A stretch of DNA of 64,000 nt from Eledone cirrhosa. Its lineage: Eukaryota. How positions within the stretch are numbered: the first letter of the stretch is position 1; the number at the start of each line of letters is the position of its first letter. The position numbers were made by a program, and so were the translations under genes. The stretch lies in assembly GCA_964016885.1 (NCBI GenBank), contig OZ024741.1, forward strand, positions 60,078,001 through 60,142,000, read 5' to 3'. Positions 51,701 to 61,289 of the stretch are shown one piece after another. Under the pieces are notes generated by a model. The model had not been told where the DNA came from. It made no database searches and saw only the letters and a list, made by a program, of their open reading frames with translations.

Positions 51701-52385
51701 TGAAGCACCATATCTACAAGGAGGAGGCTAGCCCACTGTGCAGGATCTGTGGAGAGAGAGAGGAGACTGTGGCTCACATTGTAACCGAGTGTAAACACCT
51801 AGCCCAGACCCACTATAAGGGCTGGAGACACGATGTGATGGGCAGGGTGATCCACTGGCACCTGTGCAAAGTAAACAATTTACCACATTCTGAGAAATGG
51901 TATGAGCATAGGCCAGAGGCGGTGATGGAGAACAATCAGGTGAAGGTGCTGTGGGATTTTAGGATACAGACGGACAAAAAACTGGAACACAATAGACCTG
52001 ACCTGGTGGTTGTGGACAAAGAAAAAAGATCGTGTCTGATTGTGGATGTGGCCTGCCCGTTCGACACGAGAGTGCAAGAGAAGGAGAGGGAGAAAATTAA
52101 CCGATACCAGGACCTAAAGTGGGAGGTGAAAAGGATTTGGAACTGCCATGAAGTCAAAGTGATCCCGATTGTCATAGGCGCACTGGGGACTATCTCCAAA
52201 AGTTTCCAGGGATGGTTAAAGAAAATCGGCCCCATCACGCTTTTTGGAACGCTTCAAAAGGCATGCTTGCTTGGAACAGCAAGAACACTCCGATACGTCC
52301 TGAATATCTGAGGCTGCAGGTAGTGGCTTGATATTCAATCCAACGGACTTTCCAGTTAACCAACATCAATGACTGAGATTCAAGG
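48750..52385 (+). mobile_element. R4/Dong-type retrotransposon (family A), apparently full length
   Basis: The 5' limit comes from homology with 61290+. It has a single ORF, a ~75 bp 3'UTR and an (AAT)n tail at 52386-435. Confidence 0.95.
48916..52311 (+). CDS. Intact RT-RLE polyprotein, 1131 aa
   Basis: Has an N-terminal Myb-like segment (NWTKELN..CY), then KSPGPDG, IFQGDSLSPLLF, HLLFMDD, CRICGEREETVAHIVTEC, RHD and RPDLVV..D..K..Y. Confidence 0.96.
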   Translation: METRTSCDRLSPNRCPLAQQQEPDCQPNTADVGGRRRRKGARTNWTKELNRTVMQCYLKSNPKERGYRRRMHNIWNEIGLFKLDEQKLAGQARVIRTNGWISELELEELSRENGLEMAGVVCQTSEPVGNDGEEVLRTEEPPEADNDLNTEINNTWNRDTATEEMNADGLGQDSVDILNLVVDELNNDSGRPMNLRFVDRKKLKETTAKVNKVIPYLEARSLHQCNNILKATANTVRKLLGIKARGNNRQERAEPWWKKRLSGQIGEMRNDIGKLESLLNGTLKNIGTKNRLEIKYKTRRKKLNNIIIEEMKQRIVAKSAKIRRYENRVSQYKQNRMFDNNQKMLFGQLEGKERGNDLIPGAEQTKTFWRRIWEQDVRHNAQAGWIETVQREIGEQAQQQTDLSITVETLKGQAKKLTNWKSPGPDGVQGYWIKHLTSLHPKLTAMFNDCLVSGEVPEWLTKGTTVLIMKDRIKGNDVTNYRPITCLSVMWKLLTSIVSEEIYHHLHTNNLLPDEQKGCRKKSRGTKDQLLIDKMVMGNCRRRHTDLAMGWIDYRKAFDMVTHSWITKSLEIFRVADNIRQLLGRSMGSWETELTSTGVSLGSVKIKRGIFQGDSLSPLLFVLALMPLTIMLRKVRAGYKLGRGELTINHLLFMDDLKLFGKSEKELDVLVDTVRIFSSDICMQFAIGKCGVIVMKRGRLSRSNGIQIPTGEMIKEIASEEGYKYLGVLEADGIKNKKMKELLRTEYIRRVRSVLKSYLNSRNAISAVNSRAASIIRYSAGILRWNIAEQKEMDMKTRKLLTIYNMFHKRSDVDRLYLRRFEGGRGLISIEDCVQMEKNNLYKYVTYSKEPMLRTVLKEGTVGQGMSKEEITSRRKSSLKGKSLHSTFFEKIEFRDPQTWNWLRRGDLKKATEGMLMAAQEQALKTKWLKHHIYKEEASPLCRICGEREETVAHIVTECKHLAQTHYKGWRHDVMGRVIHWHLCKVNNLPHSEKWYEHRPEAVMENNQVKVLWDFRIQTDKKLEHNRPDLVVVDKEKRSCLIVDVACPFDTRVQEKEREKINRYQDLKWEVKRIWNCHEVKVIPIVIGALGTISKSFQGWLKKIGPITLFGTLQKACLLGTARTLRYVLNI

Positions 52386-52394
52386 AATAACAAC

Positions 52395-52435
<41 letters not shown>

Positions 52436-53037
52436 GGGAAGAAGACGCACGAGGTGGCGGAAGGTCATGAAATCGCTCCTGTAAGTTTTGAATTTTTAAC
52501 ATATTTAAATCAATTGTGAAATAACAACTCTTAGTACAAATGCTACGTAAAGCTTGAGCCCCAAAAAATTCGGACCCAAAATATATTGTTATAAGGCTCA
52601 AATATTCAAATATTCAACTTTGTATTGTACATTGTATATTCAAAAAAGAAAATGGCTATAAATGGAAGAAGAAACCCCCCCTCCTCTGTCTACACTATAT
52701 AGAACAGCCAAACAACACCAATCTCACCAACACCAGAAACTAGATACACCACCTACCCCATCACCTCTCTGTGTACACTAAACATAACAGCCAGATAACG
52801 GCAATTTCACCACCACCACTCACTACTGCCATCATTACCACCACTATCCCATCACCGCCGCCACCACTCCTTCATTGCTACCACCGCTACAACATCATCA
52901 CTACAGTAATACGATCACATCACCACCACCACTGCCTCGGTATCGACATCACCACCACCACTGTCTCAGCATCGACACCGCCGCTACTGTCACCCACATC
53001 TCCCTGCTGGCGGCTGCCACCACATTATAGAATTACT
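52436..53037 (+). repeat. Unit X, copy 2
   Basis: Matches 47861-48440, differing by substitutions and small indels. Confidence 0.92.
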
Positions 53038-53616
53038 ATTATAGAATTACTATTATTATTGTCTCAAATTAAAAAAAAAAATGTTTAATTCCAATTTTAC
53101 GGGAATATGTCAACACAAAATATAATAAAAATATTTATTAAACATACGAACACAAACTCATAGATACTACCACCCCACCCCATCCATCATTGCTACCACT
53201 ATCCCATCGTCGCCGCCACCACTCCTTCAATGCTACCACCACTATTCCCCTGTTAACTTGAGAGAGAAAGGGGAAGGTGGCGGTATCAGTAGACAAGGGA
53301 GAGGCTAGCAAAAGATATAAATAGATTGACTTAGTGATCTGGCCACCGGCCAAACGTCAACATCAACATCTATGGGACTGCTGGCTCACCCCTTCCTCAC
53401 CAACAATATAAAAAGCTCCGGCACCACCACCGACATAGCCAACAACAATAACAGCCAACTACAACAAAAAGTATATTATATTATTGTAATGCACTGGGTG
53501 ATTGCTGGCCTTGTGCCTGGAGTGGAGACAATTATTAATAATTTCATTCTTAAGCCACGCAATGCTCATATTAAGGAACCACTCATGATAATAACAATTT
53601 AAAAAAAAAAAGAAAA

Positions 53617-56600
53617 CCCCGTGACCAAGAAATACCAGGATGGCGGCCGGCGGGGAATAGCCGTGTCTCTAGGGGAGAACGACCCCTCTAGTCTTGGTTG
53701 ACACTCGTTCTAGAAGTGGTAACACGAAATGATTACCCCTTGGCGGATAAGGATAAAACGCGACAAAATAAAGTAAATGTCTAATGATAAAACCTCATAC
53801 CGGATCGGCCGTCACCCGGGTAAAAAAGGGCCGCATCCCTCAGAGAGGAACCAGACTGGGGTCGAAAAATCAGCTAATGGTTCAAACCTTCCCATCACTT
53901 CGGAGCTGGAGACCTCCCATAACCGGAATACTCCTACTGTTGGCCCTCCATGCTCACCACCAAGAAATCCAAAGAAAAAGAGAGAAAAATGGTCAAGGGA
54001 AGATAATAAAGAAGTCCTTGAGGCTTTCTACACTGCCATGTACTACCCATCAAATACATCAAATACAGAACAGACATATATCAACTGGAAAAAGAAACAT
54101 CCCGAAAACAGAGGCTATATGTCAATATAGTAACAAACTAGCCAATATACGAAGAAATATTGTAAGAAAAAAGTTACTAACTGATATAGAAATTGATCAG
54201 ATCAAGCTATTAACACAAAGTCAGCGAAGGGAAAATGAAACATGTGTCAGTGAAAACGAGGTAAACTGAAACACTTCGAATCCCAGGGTTGGGGCGGAAT
54301 CACTGGCAACAGAACAAATTAAAGAAAGGATCGAAAAAGTGGAGGGAGTGCATGCTCAGGATGAAACTCCAAATGAAAATAATGAGATCGTAAATGATAA
54401 AGAAATGAATGAGAATGAACTTGTCAACTTGAAGAATGAAATTATGATCGAATGGATGAAAATGAAAGAATCTGACATGGGGCAACGAGACACCCTCCCT
54501 AAGATCCAGAACTCCAAACAGAACCAACAGATAATACACAAGACTAACATAATTCTCAAAAACATTATCATCACAAACAAACTAAACATTACTGATTTAA
54601 ATCATCTCTATTATGCATCGGCTAAAGTCACCACTCACTTATGTGGAGTGAAGATGAAAAAACAAAGGAATTCCCATAAGAAATCTACTTGGCAAGAGAA
54701 TATCAATCGCCAAATAAACCTTCTCCGATCTGACATAGAAATTTTAGCAAACTATAAAGTAGGTGAACATGTTAAACAAACTAAACTTAGAAAAATTGAA
54801 AAAAAAGTACCGTATAAAATCAACATGTGACATAGACATGCTGATAGAAATAATCAAGCAAAAAGTGTCGGCCAAAGCTGCTCATATAAGGCGCTTTGAA
54901 AAACGATCTAGATTCTATAAGGACAATAATATGTTCAAAAACAACCAAAGAAACTTCTACAGAAAAATTGGTAAGTCAACAATAACTGCTAAATCAATAC
55001 CAACCAAGGAGGAAGTGCAAGAATTCTGGGAAAAGATCTGGGCCGAAGAAAAAGTTCATAACATACATGCCCCATGGATAGACAGACAAATGAAAGATAC
55101 AGCTCACCTTGAGGAACAAACATGGGAAAATATAACAGTTGAACAGTTGCGCTTGGCTCTAAGAAAAACCAGCAAATGGAAATCCCCAGGAAAAGACAAA
55201 ATACAAAACTTTTGGATAAATGCCTTCGCAGAGTCTCATGAGCTGTTAGCCCAACTTTACAATGAAATAGTTAAGGAGCCAGAAAAGATACCTTCATGGC
55301 TAGTTAACGGCATTACATTCCTGCTTCCGAAGAATGATGAGACAAACAATCCCAAAAATTACAGACAGATAACTTGCTTGACCACAATGTATAAAATTTT
55401 AACATCAGTCCTAACTGAATACACATATGACCACCTGATAACAAATGACCTATTTCCCATTGAGCAGAAAGGGTGTAAACGAGGCTGATATGGCTGTAAG
55501 GATCAGCTTCTGGTTAACAAAATGATACTGGAAGATTGTCATAATAGACACAAAAATCTATCGATTGCTTGGATAGATTATAAAAAAACATTTGATAGTT
55601 TGCCACACAGTTGGATTGAAAAATGTTTAGAGATTTTCAAAGTATCCTCCGTTGTCAGGAGGTTTTTGTCATTCAGTATGAAGACATGGAACACGACACT
55701 CCTTTTGAATAGTGAAACAAAATCACTGGAAGCTGGAGAAGTTAATATTAATTGTGGAATTTTTCAGGGTGACTCTTTATCATCGCTTTTATTCTGCATC
55801 GCACTTATACCATTAAGTAAAATGCTCAATGAAACAAAACATGGATATAAAGTCTATGTCAAAACCATTAATTACCTGTTCTACATGGATGACCTGAAAC
55901 TTTGCAAAAAATGATGAACAATTGCAAGGGCTATTATCCACTGTGAAGCAGTTCAGTGATGACATTAAAATGGAGTTTGGACTAGATAAATGCGCCAAAG
56001 CAACGTTCACCAGAGGAAAGCTGCTGAAGAGTTCAGACATTAATCTTGATCGGGGAACGTGATAAGAGAACTTGATCAAGAAAAAACTTACATATATCTA
56101 GGTGTTTGTGAAGGAGACGGAATCAAGCACTCGACAATGAGGGAAAGGATAAGGAAGGAATGTTACCGCAGAGTAAGAGCAATCTTAAGAACGGAATTGA
56201 ATGCAAGGAATAGGATTGATGCCATAAACACGCTTGCCATACCAGTAGTAACCTACAGTTACAATGTCATTAACTGGTCAAGCACAGAGATCCGTAGGCT
56301 CGATACAAAAATTCAAAAATTCTTAACCAGGCACAGAATGCATCACCCTAAGGCAGATATAGATAGAATATATCTCCCTAGGAAAGAAGGAGGACGTGGG
56401 TTAATCCAGTTAGACATTGCGTTGAAAACTGCAACAATTGGATTATCTACATATCTAAGGGAATCACATGATTGGATGATCAAACTCGTTTTGAAACACG
56501 AAAGCATCAAAAGATCATATTCCATTACAAAAGATGCACAAAGATACAGTAATGGACTACAAATTTCAGAAGTCCCATTTACTGCTGAAATGGAAAACAC

Positions 56601-57570
56601 AGAAAAAGCAAAGCAGGTAAAAGTAACTGCAAAGAAAGAACTGCTACAGAAACTGTCTAAGAAATGGCAAGAAAAGTCTCTGTATGGAAAATACCCAGAA
56701 CGAGCTAACAATCCTGATGTTGACAAATCTTTAACCCATCAGTGGTTGGCATCCTCTGGACTGAAATCGGAGACTGAAGGACTGATTATATCGGCACAAG
56801 ATCAGTGTCTGCCAACAAAAAATTTCCAAGCCAACATAATAAAAAATGGGTGCAGCCCATTATGCCGTGTATGCAAAAAACAACCAGAGACCATTGACCA
56901 TATAATTTCAATGTGCAGTCCTATAGCTCCAACCGAATACCTAAACAGGCATGACAGAGCTGCACAATACATACATTGGATAATGTGTAAGCATTTTGAC
57001 CTGCCCCATCAAAAGAATTGTTGGGAGCATCAACCACCTCCCATACTTGCAAAAGATCACATCACAATCTTGTGGAACTTTAGCATCCAAACAGACCGAA
57101 AAATAGATGCAAACAGACCTGATATAATATTGAAAGACCTTCAAAAGAGGGTATGCCTGCTAATTGATATGTCTGTTCCAATAGACAAGAATGTATCTGT
57201 AAAAACATTTGAAAATTTGAGCAAGTATAAGGACCTGGCGATAGAAATTGGAAAAATGTGGAAATTGAGAACTAAAACAATACCAGTGGTTTTAGGCGCT
57301 CTGGGAATGATACCTAAGGGGGCTAATGATTACTTATCGCAAATCCCAGGAAGCCCGCGTATAGGAGAAATACAAAAGATAGTACTAATGGGAACTGCCC
57401 ATATACTAAGGAAGATTCTGTCAATATAAATACATCACAAGTCTAAACACTAAAGATGCATGTGTGAATATGTATGTTCTTTCTTGAACATGGCGGACCT
57501 TGTTGTCTCTTGAGGTCACTGGTTGTGACTTGGTGATAACTCGTATGAACATAAAGCAAGATAAATGCAA
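53617..57570 (+). mobile_element. R4/Dong-type retrotransposon (family B), full length but defective
   Basis: The ORF 53777-57429 is broken by frameshifts and stops. Motifs include EKWSREDN, IFQGDSLS, YMDD, CRVC..ETIDHIISMC and RPD. An (AAT)n tail lies at 57574-645. Confidence 0.94.
53623..53711 (+). ncRNA. Candidate HDV-like self-cleaving RNA at the 5' end of Dong B
   Basis: P1 gaccaa/ttggtt, P2 agaac/gttct and P3 gac/gtc with loop ccctcta occur in HDV order. P1.1, P4 and the catalytic C are not clearly assigned. Confidence 0.4.
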
Positions 57571-57572
57571 CT

Positions 57573-57645
<73 letters not shown>

Positions 57646-58000
57646 GTGGTACAATCATCCTGTGAGGCTATAACTGACGTAGAAAAAGTAACAATTCTTT
57701 GGGACTTTCCTGCACATACTGACCGGGCCATGAAAGTTAATAGACCAGATATCACTGTAAAAGACCAAAATAGCAAGGTATTTTTATTGATTGATATGAG
57801 CATCCCATGTGATCACAATATCGTGGCAAAAGAATTTGACTAGCTAAGAAAAGATAAAGATCTGCTTATTGAAATCGAAAAAATGTGGCCGTTACAATAC
57901 CAATGATTGTACAAGCACTGAGAATGATCAAGAAAGGAACAGAAGAGTATTTGCGAATGATTCCCGGTTTACCCTCCCTGCAAGACTGGTACTGAACACA
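57646..58000 (+). mobile_element. R4/Dong-type 3' fragment (family D), decayed
   Basis: ILWDFPAHTDRAMKVNRPDI..LIDMSIP begins directly after (AAT)n. Confidence 0.85.
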
Positions 58001-58540
58001 CTATCTCTGTAAGAATGATATTTCTCCGTGTGTGGATGTGTGTGTGGTGCCTGCGTCCATGGATATCCTTTATTTATATATATAAATGTAAGTGTATGTA
58101 TGTGTATATATGTGTAAGGACATGTATTTGTATGTGTGTGTATGTATATATATATCGGAATATATATAAATGTCTGCATGTTTGTGTGAGTATATATATA
58201 TATATGTACATGTGTGTGTATGATGTATGTATGTATATGTGTGTAAGTATATATGTATGTATAACTGTGTGTGTATGTATATATATATATATATATTTAA
58301 AAGTTAAACAAGGTTCAATGAATACATCAAAGAACGAGTTTTACAATAGATTGGAAGCACTCAACAAGTAAAGGTTTTCTAATATATATATATATTAAAG
58401 CTGTAAATTATAATCAATATGGTGTATTAACTGGCTTACCAATGTATACAGTGAATTTATTTGCTCTAGGTGTCAGGAAGACATTCGGCAAATATCAGAA
58501 ACAATACTGAAGGAAAAGGAAAACGAATAATAATTATAAT

Positions 58541-59160
58541 TGTTTCTACTTTTGGCACAAGGCCAGCAATTATCTCAGTCTATTACTGGTACTTTATTTT
58601 ATCGACCTAGAAAGGATGATTGGGATGATTCCTGCGGGATTTGATCTTAGACCCTAAAGGACCGTAACTCTATGCTGCAAATGATGGCGTACGACCCTCT
58701 ACCGATACTGCCAATCGACCAATAGTAATTTTTTTTACTTTAGGCACAAGGCCAGTAATTCTTTTAAGGGAAAGGGAAAGTCGATTGAATCGACCCCAAT
58801 GCATTACTGGTGCTTTATTTTATCGACCCCATTAAGGATGAAAGGCAACGTTAACCTCGGCGGGATTTGAACTTAGACCTAAAGGGCCGTAACTCTGTGC
58901 TGCTTAGCATAGCGCCCGACTCTCTACCAATACTGCCAATCCACCGATAATAATAATAACTGTTTCTACTTTAGTCATAATGTAAACAGTTAGGGGGTTG
59001 GAAAGTAGTTTAAATCAACACTAGTACGTTACATATATTATATTTATCGATCCCGCAAAGATAAAAAGCAAACCTAACCTCGATGGCATTCGAACTCAGA
59101 ACGTAAGAGAACTTAGCCGAAATAAATACTGACAGTCCAACGCTCTAACAACCCCGTCGA
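58541..59160 (-). mobile_element. Three tandem SINE copies
   Basis: Copies at 58541-58720, 58735-58946 and 58960-59160 (oldest), each with an aat-rich sequence at its 3' end. Confidence 0.88.
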
Positions 59161-59707
59161 CAGTAAAATAGTATTAATAATGAAAACCATCCTTAAACTG
59201 GTAATTCATGAAAATGTAAACATCATAATCTCATTAATTTAAGTTGAATCATATCATACGATTCCTGCATGAGTTTCTTTACTGACAACAGATTTTCTAT
59301 TTCAAATCATTTCAGAGACAGATGTATTTAGAATATAATTGACACACTAACATAACAGTCATTTTTTTTACTTCCTTGCATCTGTCACTGAATACAGATA
59401 TGAAAATAATTTCAAATAAGTATTGGCTTTAAATCGGCATTTAATGACATGCATACCTGTATATATAGTTAAATTGACATAAATAAAATTATTTAAAGAA
59501 TATGCCATTTGACATAGGTGTGAGGAAAATCGTTAATATATTTTTCATATAATCCGTATTGAATATATATACACACACACATATGTATATATATAGTGTG
59601 TGTGTGTGTGTGTGTGTGAAACTAATAAGAATTTGTGCTGTTGCATCTATGTTTGCCTTATTTATTTTTGAACCATATATATATATACATATATATAAAT
59701 ACTTTAT

Positions 59708-59776
59708 AAAAATACTATACAAAACAAAACAAAGCTAGCAAAAATTATTTCGTACGTTCACACACACACACCCCAC

Positions 59777-59869
<93 letters not shown>

Positions 59870-59918
59870 CGTACGAACTCATTTTTGCTAGCTTTGTTTT
59901 ACTTTGTATAGCATTTTT
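59708..59918. repeat. Fold-back inverted repeat around (CA)n-(TA)n-(TG)n
   Basis: aaaacaaagctagcaaaaat..ttcgtacg / cgtacgaa..atttttgctagctttgtttt. Confidence 0.85.
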
Positions 59919-60805
59919 CCATCACATTACAGTTCATAACAGAAAGAAGAAATAAAAAATTGTCATCAATCTTCAATTATTATTATTATGAAGAGCTTGA
60001 TTATATTTTTTTCTATCTTCGGTCTTCAGCCATTCGTCTTCAGGCTGAATACTCTTCGAGGCCTTAGTTAATAAGAGTTCATGAATATGAAATTTGTGAT
60101 ATATTTTGCAAGAGAGAATAAATATAAGAAATCTGACAGTGTCGAATTGAAGGCAGTCTGACGGCACTAATCTAATGTCTTTACCAGCGAGAATATGTCT
60201 TAGGAATTATCTCAGCCTCACTTGCTATCTGACAAATTGAATTCTACACTTTTTGTTCCTGCTTCATTTTTTTCTTTCTTTGTGTATTTGTTTGTTTGTT
60301 TCTACTCAGCTTGACACTGATAACGAGTTTAGCCCACACATACATACATGACATGTAGACAACTCACACATACACACAGATATAAACTTATACACAGACA
60401 CACACATGAACCCACGCCATATATATATTTACATACATATTATATATATATATATATATGTGTGTGTGTGGGGGGGGGGGGTGTACTTGTGGGGATGATT
60501 CTGTATATCTCTAAAGGAACTGTGTTGCAGGATGTGCGTATGGTGGTGTTGGTGGGCGACTCTGTATGCGTGAATTAGTGACAAGTTTTCCACCATATTA
60601 TTACTGTCGGTTGCAATACTAAACATATTAAAACAATCGCATATACCGAATAATATTGTACGGAATAGGTATTCTAGCAAACATAATGTTATTTTCATAC
60701 ATTTGTTACACACTAATCCCAGGGTATATGTGTAAACATTCGTAGTAAATCTAACACGTCTCATTGTCTGTATATATTTCCATCTCTCTTTTTCATCATG
60801 TACGT

Positions 60806-61187
<382 letters not shown>

Positions 61188-61289
61188 AATTTGATAGCAG
61201 GAGAGAAACTTTGTCCCTATTGAATCGGTTTAAGTTTAATCGTAGGGGCATTTTTATTCTATAATAATAATAATAATAATAATTTTTTA

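Noticed and set aside
47861-53037. Direct repeats around an RT ORF suggesting an LTR retrotransposon
   Set aside because: There are no TG..CA ends, PBS/PPT, integrase or protease. The ORF is non-LTR RT-RLE with its own (AAT)n tail.
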